A stretch of DNA of 30,103 nucleotides from Elainellaceae cyanobacterium (GCA_051117555.1 JBNPEG010000255.1:1-30103), one strand, 5' to 3'. Positions 7,331 to 17,410 are shown, numbered from the stretch's first letter. Numbers and translations are program-made. The notes: a model not told the origin generated them from the sequence alone.

Positions 7331-8356
7331 ATGCCCCAACAGCTCGACGCTCAAGACTTTCTCAATGCTTCTGGTGTTATCCTCGACGTGCGAAGTCCCG
7401 GTGAATATGAGCGGGGGCATATTCCTGGGGCAATCAGCTTCCCACTCTTTGACAACGAGGAGCGAGCGCTGGTCGGAACGTGTTACAAGCAGCAGGGGCG
7501 AGACCTTGCGATCGAACTGGGACTAGAGATTACGGGGCCAAAATTGGCAGACTTTGTGAAACGCGCCAAAGATTTAGCGCCGAATCGAGTAGTCCGGGTT
7601 CATTGCTGGCGAGGCGGAATGCGCAGCGGCAGCATGGCATGGCTGCTCGAAACCGCAGAGTTCTCGGTATCAACGTTAGCAGGGGGGTACAAAGGCTTTC
7701 GTCAATGGGTTCGGGGCGGACTTGCCAGTCCCAAGCCGATCATTACGCTCGGCGGCATGACTGGGTCGGGCAAAACTGCCATCCTTCACGCTTTGATAGA
7801 CCAGGGAGAACAGGTGTTGGATTTAGAGGCGATCGCCCACCATCGGGGCAGTAGTTATGGGAGCCTTGGGCTGCCTCCCCAGCCAAGTACTGAGCATTTT
7901 GAGAATCTCATTGCCTTTCAATGGCAGTCGCTTGATCCGAATCGTCCAGTTTGGATCGAAGCGGAAAGTTGTCAGATTGGCACATGCCGCATTCCAACCG
8001 AGCTATTTCAACCGATGGCCGACGCTCCGATTCTGCAAATTGAGCGGTCACGCCTAGAGCGCATCGAATACTTACTCAGCGAATACGGAAACGCCAACCC
8101 CGACCAGCTCATCGAAGCAACCGAACGCCTCCGCAAACGGCTCGGGGGCGATCGCACGCAGCACGCTATTGAGTGTATTCGTCATCATAATCTTGCCTCT
8201 GCGATTGATATCGTGCTCGACTACTACGACAAAACATATACGCACGCCATCAATCGTCGACAGGTTCCCATCTATTCCATCGAGGTCACGGGGTTAGATG
8301 CCTCCCAAGTCGCCAAACTGTTGCGCGAAAAAGCATGTTTCTATCTTGAAAATTAG
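7331..8356 (+). CDS. mnmH: tRNA 2-selenouridine synthase SelU/MnmH (YbbB)
   Basis: Rhodanese domain (DVRSPGEY..GHIPGA, HCWRGGMRS), GGYKGFR, P-loop GMTGSGKT, LDLEAIAHHRGS, EAES; adjacent to selD. Confidence 0.95.
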   Translation: MPQQLDAQDFLNASGVILDVRSPGEYERGHIPGAISFPLFDNEERALVGTCYKQQGRDLAIELGLEITGPKLADFVKRAKDLAPNRVVRVHCWRGGMRSGSMAWLLETAEFSVSTLAGGYKGFRQWVRGGLASPKPIITLGGMTGSGKTAILHALIDQGEQVLDLEAIAHHRGSSYGSLGLPPQPSTEHFENLIAFQWQSLDPNRPVWIEAESCQIGTCRIPTELFQPMADAPILQIERSRLERIEYLLSEYGNANPDQLIEATERLRKRLGGDRTQHAIECIRHHNLASAIDIVLDYYDKTYTHAINRRQVPIYSIEVTGLDASQVAKLLREKACFYLEN

Positions 8357-8393
8357 ATATGTGAAAATTAGATGTAACTAAAGTCCTTCCCTG

Positions 8394-9344
8394 ATGCGAT
8401 CGCCCTCCAAGCTCCTGGTCAAATTCAGTCGCAAACTCTTTGACGACGAGGTTCAGCGAGAGCAATTTATTGCTGCGCTAACCACTCCTCAGCCGCTAAA
8501 CCCCTGCATTCTCTGGTGCCATGATCCGCCGAATGATATCCCGTTTGCAGTCGAAGCTCCTCAAACCTGGCAGCCCAAATTTGTAGATCGGCTCGGGCTC
8601 CATGAAACACCGGGACGGCATCCCTGGCACGACGAAGGATATTTTTATTGCCTTGATTTTTCGTCGGTGTTTGCGGCCTCAATTCTACAGGCGATCGCAT
8701 CCCCGATTCGAGTCGTGTTTGATATGTGTGCGTCCCCTGGAGGCAAGAGCGTCTTTGCGTGGCGGCTCTTTCAGCCCGATTTGCTGCTTAGCAACGAGGT
8801 GATCGGAAAACGCATGGGAGCGCTAATCTCAAATCTCAAACGATGCCAAAGCCGACCGGCGATCGCCCTTAGTCTCGATTCAAAAATTGTGGCAGAGGAC
8901 ATTCCTCACGCGTCCGACCTGGTGATGGTCGATGCTCCGTGTACAGGGCAGTCGCTTCTAGTCAAAGGCATCCCCGCCCCTGGCTGTTTCCATCCCGTCA
9001 CGATTAACAAAAACGCAAACCGTCAAAAGCGGATTTTGGCGAATTCTGCACGACTGGTAGCCCCGCACGGCTATCTCGCCTATACGACTTGCGCCTACTC
9101 TCCCGATGAAAACGAGGGCGTGAGTCAGTGGTTTCTAGAACGCTTCCCGATGTTTCAGCCCGTAGATGTGCCCATGCTGTCCAGATTTCAGTCTCATCTA
9201 ACAGATGTGCCCTGCTATCGCATGTTGCCTCAGTCGGGGTTAGGAGCCGGAGCATTCACCACCCTATTTCAAAATATAGAATCGGGCGATCGCCGTCCGA
9301 TTCCTGAGTCATTTTTGGAAAATCCTCGATTGAAATTCTTATAA
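8394..9344 (+). CDS. RsmB/RsmF/NOP-family RNA cytosine-C5 methyltransferase
   Basis: DMCASPGGKS SAM-binding motif; DAPCTG (motif IV) and YTTCAYSPDENE (motif VI) carry both catalytic cysteines. Confidence 0.9.
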   Translation: MRSPSKLLVKFSRKLFDDEVQREQFIAALTTPQPLNPCILWCHDPPNDIPFAVEAPQTWQPKFVDRLGLHETPGRHPWHDEGYFYCLDFSSVFAASILQAIASPIRVVFDMCASPGGKSVFAWRLFQPDLLLSNEVIGKRMGALISNLKRCQSRPAIALSLDSKIVAEDIPHASDLVMVDAPCTGQSLLVKGIPAPGCFHPVTINKNANRQKRILANSARLVAPHGYLAYTTCAYSPDENEGVSQWFLERFPMFQPVDVPMLSRFQSHLTDVPCYRMLPQSGLGAGAFTTLFQNIESGDRRPIPESFLENPRLKFL

Positions 9345-9522
9345 AATTTAATACGCTGTAGATGAAGCGCGTGTAAAGACAGATACATCTAGTTGAAAGT
9401 TTGATGAAGATATTGAGTGGATTCCGGAGGACTGGATCAGCATGAGTATTCGGCGTTGGGCGATCGCCTCTAGACATGCATCAAAACGCTCAAACCCTTG
9501 AATGGCAGCATTTTACGGCCAG

Positions 9523-9564
9523 CACAATTTCATAATACTCCCCGCCTCGTGTTATGAAATTGTG
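9523..9564. promoter_or_regulatory. Perfect 13-bp inverted repeat (operator or hairpin)
   Basis: CACAATTTCATAA (9523-9535), 16-nt spacer, TTATGAAATTGTG (9552-9564). Confidence 0.55.
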
Positions 9565-9688
9565 ATACTGTTGAGTAGAACTGCTGACATGGGCTGATCC
9601 TAATCTGATCTTGAGAATTGATCTTCAGTAAAGTTACTTAGTTGGATGCACTGATTTGCATATTGGTGCGTAAGGGGTACTTGCCTAG

Positions 9689-9737
9689 ATGACGGAGCAC
9701 TATCCTGCGTTATTGAACTCAGGAGTGCTCCATTCAT
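9689..9737. other. Extended imperfect hairpin upstream of hpsA
   Basis: Nested pairings GGAGCAC (9694-9700)/GTGCTCC (9725-9731), TCCTG/CAGGA, GTT/AAC and outer ATGA/TCAT. Confidence 0.5.
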
Positions 9738-10079
9738 TCGGTAGAGGAGCCTAGCATTATACGCATTCGCGATTAGCCAGTCCGTGGTTCTCCATCGTTT
9801 CAAATCGTTAAATAAGTCGAGAACTCAGTGTTTCGCTATACTCGATAGTCAGGATCAGTAGTTTCCTGTTAAGGCTAGATTAAACCTCACGAGAGAGCTT
9901 CCCAAAGCCATTATTAATTGCGAGGTGAGGAATTGTGAGGGTGAGGGTTGAAAGGGTGCATCAGGGGTTCCACTGATACAAGTCCTACGTGTGTTTGAGT
10001 GGAATTTGATTGGGCGTGTTGAGTTTGTAATCTTTACGTTTCATCTACCAGTTATCGTATTCAGGACGAGAAGGCGGTT

Positions 10080-13000
10080 ATGTTAAGTCGCAGGCTACGC
10101 AGAGCTGTTCAGCGTCTACGTTATCAGAGTTATCAGATCAGCCAAATGCCTAGAAAAATTCTTAAAATCCTCGTTCAATGGATGCTTCGAGGTCTTTTTG
10201 TTGTGGGTCGTCCACGTTTTGCCCGCGCGGGGTTTGTGTTGCCCACGACGGTCTTGCTGTTGCTAGTGGTGACGCTGACAGTCGGCTCTATCACGCTACG
10301 GACGTATAGCCGCACGACTCAGACCATTGGTGAGCGACAAGACAAGGTGATTTACAACGCCGCAACGCCCGCCATCGATCGCGCCAAAGCCAAACTAGAA
10401 TTTTTGTTTGACCCTGCGCAAAACCCCCGCTTTCCAGGGGGGGTGCCGGGTGAAGACCAGATCTTTGGCATGATGTTAAACGAGGCAGGAAGCCTGTACG
10501 AGTATCGCCTTAACAACAACAACGACCCATACGTGTTACCCGATGACCCAAACACGGCGTTTGACGACGCTGAGACGCGAATTGATATCAATGGTGATGG
10601 GGCTGTCGACAATGCTTGGATGTACCAGGCTGATACAGACGGGGATGGAGCCGTCGATGCGATGGTTGCCTACTCCATCATCTTTAACACTCCCAATCCT
10701 GATCCAGATGGAGACCCCAATACGGATGACGGAGAGCCTCCCTTAGCTGATACACGAGATCCAGCAGTTGCAAGTAGAGCCGATCTGCTTCAAGTGCGGC
10801 ACGCGCCCTTGAGCAATGCAGACCCTCTAGGTGCACGATGTCAAGTTGTATCTAATAATGCGATCGCTGTTGAAGACGGATGGTTTAGCTCACTCAGTAC
10901 GGCTGACTTGCGGAAGAACTTTCAAGTCGATGTGTATGTCCAGCCCTTAGATGCTCAGGGCAATCCTGATAACACCCGTCCGCCATCCACCCTAGAGTTT
11001 TTCCAAGATCGAGAGATTAACCGCGGCAATAAGTGGGGCGCTTGGTTCCGGAATGACCTAGAAATTTACCCCGGTCCAAAATTTAACTGGAATGGTGCGA
11101 TGCATACTGAGGGTAATCTCATCGTTACGAGCCCACGCGGCGTTAGTGATGATGATGGTTTTACTGCATTTGCAATCAGTTCACCCGAATCATGTCTCTA
11201 CACAAAAGATTCGTCTAAAGTCACGGTTTCATCCAAACAAGCAGGCCCAAACAATGGCAATGGAGGCATTGCATTTGAAGGACAGGCGATCGCCGGTCGA
11301 ATCGCGCCCCGTGCTAACGATGATTTTGAATCGGTCTTTCACCTAATCACAAACGAACAGCAGCCCCCGCCCGAGGATGATGGCGAGGTTTTAGACCAGG
11401 GAACAGACTCCATTAACAACGTTGACATTATCGATCTGTCGCTTGATCCGGTTCAGATTCTCACAAAAGACATCTCAGAGGCCCGAGGGGTTGCCGACTT
11501 TGCGGCAGTTCGAGATAACGCTTGGCAAAACAGTATCTTTAAGCAAGCCGAACGGATTTTGCTCGATGAATCGGTTGACCAGCCATATCTAGATGACTTT
11601 TATCGGGCAGACGATCGCCTCGGCCCCAAGCCCCGCTATCGAGATTTTGAGGTCAATCCTGATGACGGAGCCGGGCTGGTGATTGGTAGAAACATCAAGG
11701 GGAATGCAGATGTTCCCAGTACGCCGAGTGACAATGTTCAGAATGAGTTAACCGATCTCACCGGTTCGGTCGATGATCCAACCAATCTAGGTCTAGACGG
11801 CTATTGGGAACGGCGTGCCCGCACGGAGGGAATGCGTGTGGTCGTTGGTCAGCGGTTGGAGTTGGGCGATCTCGCAGGTTGGGGTGGCGTTGATGAGACG
11901 GGTGCTCCCCAAGCTGACACAGAAGAACCGCTTCGTCCGTGGAACACCTGTACGTCCAATAACTCAGGTCGCTGTAGCGAAGCCCGCCAGCGCCGCACGC
12001 TGAGAGATAATTTGTCAGCAGTGCAGGCAACAGCGGTCTATCATTCCTCAAATGGCGACTTGGATGCTCCGCTGGCGTGCGTTGCAACCACGGCTCATCC
12101 CGGTACTCCTAAGACCCTGCGGAATAGCACCACGTTTGAAAACTTAAACTTTGGTGACCCCGGAACGTATCTCAGTGCGACTGATTTCCCGCTAGTAATC
12201 AGCAATTTCTTCCTAGGAATGGGCACCAACGGCTGGGAATATGAGCCCCCCGTTGCAGACGTGACCACAAACGCCGAGGTCATGAAAGCGCTGAGAAACT
12301 TAGCCGCCTATGCGGGCGATCCGCGCGGGGGTTCCCCATCGTTTGAGCCATTTCAGGATGGGTATGTTCATCCGTATCCCAGCATGGCAATGTGGGGAGA
12401 TTTCTCCATCCTGCGCCGGATTCTCTTTCCGGGCGGGTCACCGACCTACGCCGCTCTTAGCCCAGCCGATAAAACGACCTTGCATACCGCAGCCTGCACG
12501 CTTGGCATGTTGGCTCACAACATTCGCTATTTGGAAAGCTATACGGTTGCCTCAGGCGATCCGCTCCTGACTCAGCTCAATGACCGTCTTGGAGAATTAC
12601 TTGCTTTACCGAGCGGATCGTTTACTGCGGCAACGCCTCCCGAGGCATTCCTGGCTGGTTTGGAATATCTTAGAGACACCGCTCCCTTAGCTACCCCTGA
12701 CGATGAAAACGCCCTAATTGCAATGGCTCGGATGCTGGCGATGCGGGAACAGGTTGAGCGCGATCGCAAGTTTGGGTTTGGCACAGGCTTGAGCAATGCG
12801 TGCAGTACTGGAGGACTCCTTGAAAGCCTCGGAAATTTACCTAGGCTTTGTTCCAATCGTCCCAAATTCCCAATTCTCTATTCGCTATTTCCTGGCGACA
12901 CGAATGATGACGGCGTGATCAGTGTGGCTGACAATCATGTAGAAGTTCCTAACGTTACCCGCGACTCGATTGACTCAGACACAGCCGAAGAACCTTATCA

Positions 13001-14714
13001 GTACATTTTTACAATCGCAAACACTGCGCCTACGGAATATCAAATTGTCGATTTGGCGCAGGTTGAGCTACAGCCAAGAGCCTTAGCTGATTGGGAACTG
13101 CCAGCCCCAACTGGCATTGCCCAAAGTGGAGTTACGCCTAATAGCAACGCGGCTAATAGCCCCCGATCCTTTATTCGAGAATGTATCACAGCGGTTTGTT
13201 CGGTGGATGACGCAACTCCAGATAATCTGCTTCCGGTTGCCATCAAAGATGTGTCCTTCTTTGATGGTCGTGAGATGATGACCGTTCGAGCCATAGACAT
13301 CGACCTAGATTTGTTGAAGAATACTCCGATTGGGGGTGACTCCTGGCTTCCTAGAGGCGGGGTAGTCTATGCGTTCCGAGAAGATGCGGTTCGTGAGGAC
13401 TCGATTACCCGTCCTAGCACAGGAGCAGGACCGTGCGACGAAGACTCGGTGATTCGTGCAGATGTGGAGGGCAATACGGGTTCATGTCGGATGCAGGTGG
13501 GCAATGTAACGGCGATCGCGTCGACCGATCCGCCCCTTGCTCCTAATAAGATCAGTCCTAAATCGGTAGACTATCACGCCGATCCGGATCGTCGCGCCTA
13601 TGGCTTCCGTCTCCGCAATGGCGAACAGCTAGGTCGTGTCGGGGATGAAGGGCGTGGGCTTTCGTTTATCACCGATAACACGGTTTACATCTACGGCGAC
13701 TTCAATCTCCACCAAACCGTGGGATGCAACAACGCCGATGGCTGTAGCATCGAAGAGTTTGACGAAAAACTGCCGACCGATCGGGTGTACACCTTCGATG
13801 AATTTTATGATCGCGCAACCCTGAATACCAATTTTGCTCGACGCAGCACCACCGCAGCCGAACTAGGCCCCGACTTGTGGCGACCGTCTGAGATTTTGGC
13901 GGATACGGTATCCATTTTGTCCAAAGATTTCTGCGACGGCAGCATCCAGGATGGCTTTTTAACGGCAGATGAAAATACGGGAACCTCTGCTGATATCACG
14001 GTTGCCAATGTCGGCTACGACACAAGCGTCTATGGCTGCGTTGACAACGAAGATCGCACCTCCTTCCTAAATCAGAATCGCCCATCGGATGACCCGAACG
14101 ATGATACCGATGTATATGGAACCACCGTTCTCTGGCAACGCGAAAACCCGTTTGATCCGGAGTCTCCGATTGCCGTCAATCCTAACGGCAACCCGATTCA
14201 AGCGGACGGTAGTGAGTATGACAGTACTTACTACGCGTTTGATGAAATCAGACCGCTAACCGTTGCTAGTAAGACTCGAATTAACGCCATCATCATCAGC
14301 GGTATCGTCCCATCTCGTGCTGACCAGTCATACGGTGGGTTGCACAACTTCCCCCGATTCCTCGAAGATTGGCCCAACGAAGACGATGTCAATGAACCAA
14401 TGATTATGTCGGGTTCGTTCTTCCAGCTCAATTTCAGTAATGCCGCAACGGCGCCGTTTGACCAAGATGCTTGGGAAGTAGGAAATGCTCCACAACCGGG
14501 TGCAGGGTCGGGTGCCATCAACAACTTCTACGGTGCACCTGAACGACTCTGGGGCTATGATGTGGGGCTTCAGTATGCGCCAGCCAGCCCGATTGCCCGG
14601 CGATTTACCGATCCTAATGCGCTGCGGAGCGAGTTCTATAGCGAACCCCAGGCAGATGACCCCTATATCAGTCAGCTTTGTGCCGCTATTCCCGGTGCAA
14701 CATGTCCCAATTAA
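10080..14714 (+). CDS. hpsA: Hormogonium polysaccharide biosynthesis protein HpsA-like, large PilX/K-type pilin-like protein, 1544 aa
   Basis: Basic leader, then AG|FVLPTTVLLLLVVTLTVG hydrophobic helix. Blocks NAATPAIDRAKAKLEFLF, NKWGAWFRNDLE, DGYWERRAR, GLRV-like GMRVVVGQRLELG, YGGLHNFPRFLE and RLWGYDVGLQY. First gene of a cluster with three prepilins, matching the Nostoc hpsA-D arrangement. Confidence 0.85.
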   Translation: MLSRRLRRAVQRLRYQSYQISQMPRKILKILVQWMLRGLFVVGRPRFARAGFVLPTTVLLLLVVTLTVGSITLRTYSRTTQTIGERQDKVIYNAATPAIDRAKAKLEFLFDPAQNPRFPGGVPGEDQIFGMMLNEAGSLYEYRLNNNNDPYVLPDDPNTAFDDAETRIDINGDGAVDNAWMYQADTDGDGAVDAMVAYSIIFNTPNPDPDGDPNTDDGEPPLADTRDPAVASRADLLQVRHAPLSNADPLGARCQVVSNNAIAVEDGWFSSLSTADLRKNFQVDVYVQPLDAQGNPDNTRPPSTLEFFQDREINRGNKWGAWFRNDLEIYPGPKFNWNGAMHTEGNLIVTSPRGVSDDDGFTAFAISSPESCLYTKDSSKVTVSSKQAGPNNGNGGIAFEGQAIAGRIAPRANDDFESVFHLITNEQQPPPEDDGEVLDQGTDSINNVDIIDLSLDPVQILTKDISEARGVADFAAVRDNAWQNSIFKQAERILLDESVDQPYLDDFYRADDRLGPKPRYRDFEVNPDDGAGLVIGRNIKGNADVPSTPSDNVQNELTDLTGSVDDPTNLGLDGYWERRARTEGMRVVVGQRLELGDLAGWGGVDETGAPQADTEEPLRPWNTCTSNNSGRCSEARQRRTLRDNLSAVQATAVYHSSNGDLDAPLACVATTAHPGTPKTLRNSTTFENLNFGDPGTYLSATDFPLVISNFFLGMGTNGWEYEPPVADVTTNAEVMKALRNLAAYAGDPRGGSPSFEPFQDGYVHPYPSMAMWGDFSILRRILFPGGSPTYAALSPADKTTLHTAACTLGMLAHNIRYLESYTVASGDPLLTQLNDRLGELLALPSGSFTAATPPEAFLAGLEYLRDTAPLATPDDENALIAMARMLAMREQVERDRKFGFGTGLSNACSTGGLLESLGNLPRLCSNRPKFPILYSLFPGDTNDDGVISVADNHVEVPNVTRDSIDSDTAEEPYQYIFTIANTAPTEYQIVDLAQVELQPRALADWELPAPTGIAQSGVTPNSNAANSPRSFIRECITAVCSVDDATPDNLLPVAIKDVSFFDGREMMTVRAIDIDLDLLKNTPIGGDSWLPRGGVVYAFREDAVREDSITRPSTGAGPCDEDSVIRADVEGNTGSCRMQVGNVTAIASTDPPLAPNKISPKSVDYHADPDRRAYGFRLRNGEQLGRVGDEGRGLSFITDNTVYIYGDFNLHQTVGCNNADGCSIEEFDEKLPTDRVYTFDEFYDRATLNTNFARRSTTAAELGPDLWRPSEILADTVSILSKDFCDGSIQDGFLTADENTGTSADITVANVGYDTSVYGCVDNEDRTSFLNQNRPSDDPNDDTDVYGTTVLWQRENPFDPESPIAVNPNGNPIQADGSEYDSTYYAFDEIRPLTVASKTRINAIIISGIVPSRADQSYGGLHNFPRFLEDWPNEDDVNEPMIMSGSFFQLNFSNAATAPFDQDAWEVGNAPQPGAGSGAINNFYGAPERLWGYDVGLQYAPASPIARRFTDPNALRSEFYSEPQADDPYISQLCAAIPGATCPN

Positions 14715-14736
14715 CGGCTAGGAGATAACACCACCG

Positions 14737-15498
14737 ATGAAACGTTCGGCTTTAAATCACCCAATTGCACGACATCTGCCCCAGATGGGCGCACCATTCC
14801 GGTCTCAATCATCTCGGATGGGTTCGTCTGAGGCGGGTTTGACCCTGCTGGAATGTATCGTATCGATTGTCGTTGTCGCAATCACGGGTGCGCTGATCAC
14901 CCCGCCGCTGTTTTTGGCGACTGCGACTCGGCTGCAAAACCAGCGTTCTGATCAGGCTCTCCAGATTGCCCAAGGAGAGGTTGATCACATTCGCACCCTA
15001 ACTGAACAGTCTCGGCATTATCCAACTGCTTTGCCAGCCGTTGGTCCAGCGAATACGGCGAGTGTGCAGGCTTATGCGCTTCCTGATGCGATCGCCAGTC
15101 AGCTCAAGTCAGTCAATACAGGCTGTGCAGATCTATACGACGGTGCTCAGATTCCTCCCACGACTCTGCTTCCCATCGACGTGGATGGCGATTGCGAGAG
15201 CGACTTTTTGATGCAGTTTTTCCGAACGCCGGGCGTGACGTCTACTCGTGAAACGACAAGTGGCACCAATCGACCCACTGCGTTCAAGGTTGGTGTTAGG
15301 GTTTATGCCCGCAATGCCGGAGATAATCTGGGCAATTTGTATCGTGACCCCGATACAGGAGGCGTTGTGCCGGCCTCCTTAAAGTTTACCTCTGGAGAAG
15401 GCAATCAGCGCGAGCGACCGCTAGCCGTACAATATACTCAGGTTACCTGGGGAGATACCGAATTTTCGCTCTGTCAGTATCATGACCAATGTAGTTGA
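14737..15498 (+). CDS. Type IV minor pilin / pseudopilin, HpsB-like
   Basis: Class III signal AG|LTLLECIVSIVVVAI with Glu at +5; QALQIAQGEVDHIR; DVDGD loop; AGGAG RBS upstream. Confidence 0.85.
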   Translation: MKRSALNHPIARHLPQMGAPFRSQSSRMGSSEAGLTLLECIVSIVVVAITGALITPPLFLATATRLQNQRSDQALQIAQGEVDHIRTLTEQSRHYPTALPAVGPANTASVQAYALPDAIASQLKSVNTGCADLYDGAQIPPTTLLPIDVDGDCESDFLMQFFRTPGVTSTRETTSGTNRPTAFKVGVRVYARNAGDNLGNLYRDPDTGGVVPASLKFTSGEGNQRERPLAVQYTQVTWGDTEFSLCQYHDQCS

Positions 15499-15589
15499 GG
15501 ATGTGTCATGACATAGATACTTGAACGTGTTTCATACGACTGGGCTAAATCGGGTTAAAAGAACAGAGCGTCATCACAGAATTAGGGCT

Positions 15590-16642
15590 ATGGCACCATC
15601 CTTCTCGTTATCAAGAGCATTTATGCGTCGTCGTCAAACAGCTCATCGTCAACGGGGTTTTACTCTAGTTGAGTTGCTGGTTTCTATACTGATTGCGGGC
15701 GGTATCGTCTCAGGGCTGCTATACCTTGTGAATGAGCTTCTGCGAGCCGACAAAAGCGAGTCAACTCGGGACGAAACCCAGCGAGAACTCCAGCTTGCCT
15801 TAGATTTTATGGCGAACGAGATTCAGCAGGCTGTTTATATTTACACGGATGCGACGTCGCTTCCCCCTATCATTCCAAACGATCCACCCCGGTCGATGTT
15901 AGAGTACTTGCCCGCCGCTGACTTGCCCAACGAAGTTGCCCCAGTGCTTGCTTTCTGGAAACAGCAGCGATTTCCAGAGTCGGTGATTGAATTATGTGCA
16001 ACTGATCCAACGAATGTAATTCTGACTGGGACTACGTGTGAAGCCGGTCACTCCTATTCGCTCGTGGTGTATTCGCTAGCGCGGCCGGATGATAATGAAG
16101 TATGGGATGGGCCTGCTCGCATTATTCGATCTGCAATGACCGAGTTTGACCTGGATGATGCCACCGGAACTCCAAACCGCAATCCAGACTATGTCAACCC
16201 GGTTGATCCTGATGACGGCAGGGCAGATTTTGATGGTTGGCCCTTGACAGGCACCATCCCTGGTTTTAATCAGCCTGCCGATACGCTGGTTGACTTTGTA
16301 GACGATGGTTCGGGTGCAGAAAGCGCCGGATTTGCTAGAGGGTCAGGTGCATCGGCGTGCCCAACCAACAGCGTGGTTGTCGGGGTACAAGATGTGCGTA
16401 ACTATTTGGTGAGTCCGAGTAATCCGCTGACATTTGGAGCGGAGCCAGTGAGAAGCTTCTACGCGTGCATTGATGAGCCGCCCATCTCCCCTGCCGCATG
16501 GAATCAGGAAGTAATTATTTATTTGCAGGGAAATGCAAGCGGGCGATCGGGAGCGGTTAGTCAAAACAGCTTCCTTCCTGCGTTGGAAACGACCGTTTTA
16601 AGCCGTGGCATTTTAGGAAAGAACCCGCAGAGTTTTCAATAG
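15590..16642 (+). CDS. Type IV minor pilin / pseudopilin, HpsC-like (PilW/GspJ-type)
   Basis: RG|FTLVELLVSILIAGGIV prepilin motif; ETQRELQLALDFMANEIQQAVYIY; PVLAFWK. Start is uncertain (15590 or 15623). Confidence 0.85.
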   Translation: MAPSFSLSRAFMRRRQTAHRQRGFTLVELLVSILIAGGIVSGLLYLVNELLRADKSESTRDETQRELQLALDFMANEIQQAVYIYTDATSLPPIIPNDPPRSMLEYLPAADLPNEVAPVLAFWKQQRFPESVIELCATDPTNVILTGTTCEAGHSYSLVVYSLARPDDNEVWDGPARIIRSAMTEFDLDDATGTPNRNPDYVNPVDPDDGRADFDGWPLTGTIPGFNQPADTLVDFVDDGSGAESAGFARGSGASACPTNSVVVGVQDVRNYLVSPSNPLTFGAEPVRSFYACIDEPPISPAAWNQEVIIYLQGNASGRSGAVSQNSFLPALETTVLSRGILGKNPQSFQ

Positions 16643-16769
16643 AATGGTAGACGGAGTCGCTTTGATTTCTAATTCTATTTCTGTTCACAATGCCCTGTTC
16701 TGAAACACGCGTCGGTTACGGGTCGGTTAACGTTCAATTCTCAAACTATTCTTGACTTTGGAGCGCAGT

Positions 16770-17363
16770 ATGATGAGGCGACAATATCCCAGTTCTCCAA
16801 CGGCTGGTTTTACGCTATTGGAAGGATTGATTGTAGTTGCAATCATCGGTATTCTGATGGCGATCGTAGCTCCAGGCTGGGTGACATTTGCAAACCGTCA
16901 GCGCGTTAACCGAGCATCTGATCAGATCCTTCAGGCGCTACGTACTGCTCAAGCGGATGCCAAGCGCGTTAAGCAAGACAGAACGGTATCTCTGTATCCC
17001 GATCCGGCTCAAGATCCCATTCCCAATCCGGATTCACCGCCATCGATCGGCTACAACGGTATTCCTACGGAATTAGGAGAGGGAGACTTTAAAGAAGGCA
17101 TGATTGCTCTGAGTGCCGTTGATGCGGATGGAGCCTCACTTGCAGAAGTCGATGGCGATAACAACCTTTCCGTCCAATTTGTCTTTGACCCAGCGGGAGG
17201 TCTAGATGTCAATGAATCTCCTAATCTTCCAGTGACGATCACAGTCGAAGCCCCTCCAGGGTCAGATACCAAACGCTGTGTTGTGATTGAAACCTTACTT
17301 GCAGCGACGCGCACGGCTCGCAACGAAGAATGTGATTTGCAAGGCGCTCAGCCTCAAGGCTGA
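16770..17363 (+). CDS. Type IV minor pilin, FimT/GspH-type (HpsD-like)
   Basis: AG|FTLLEGLIVVAIIGILMAIVAPGW; QALRTAQADAKR; C-terminal KRCVVIETLL...C disulfide pair; GGAG 6 nt before ATG 16770. Confidence 0.85.
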   Translation: MMRRQYPSSPTAGFTLLEGLIVVAIIGILMAIVAPGWVTFANRQRVNRASDQILQALRTAQADAKRVKQDRTVSLYPDPAQDPIPNPDSPPSIGYNGIPTELGEGDFKEGMIALSAVDADGASLAEVDGDNNLSVQFVFDPAGGLDVNESPNLPVTITVEAPPGSDTKRCVVIETLLAATRTARNEECDLQGAQPQG

Positions 17364-17410
17364 TACGCGTCTCTAGGTTGCTGAAATGCTGAATGGTGGG
17401 ATCAGCCCTC

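Noticed and set aside
9600..9803. 67-aa minus-strand ORF in the hpsA upstream region
   Set aside because: TTG start, no RBS, no recognisable protein features.
9860..9915. c-di-GMP-I riboswitch upstream of the pilin operon (AAACC...CAAAGCC resemblance)
   Set aside because: The GNRA-capped P2 stem and GGGACGCAAAGCC-type core and P3 are not properly formed; an Infernal hit would be needed.
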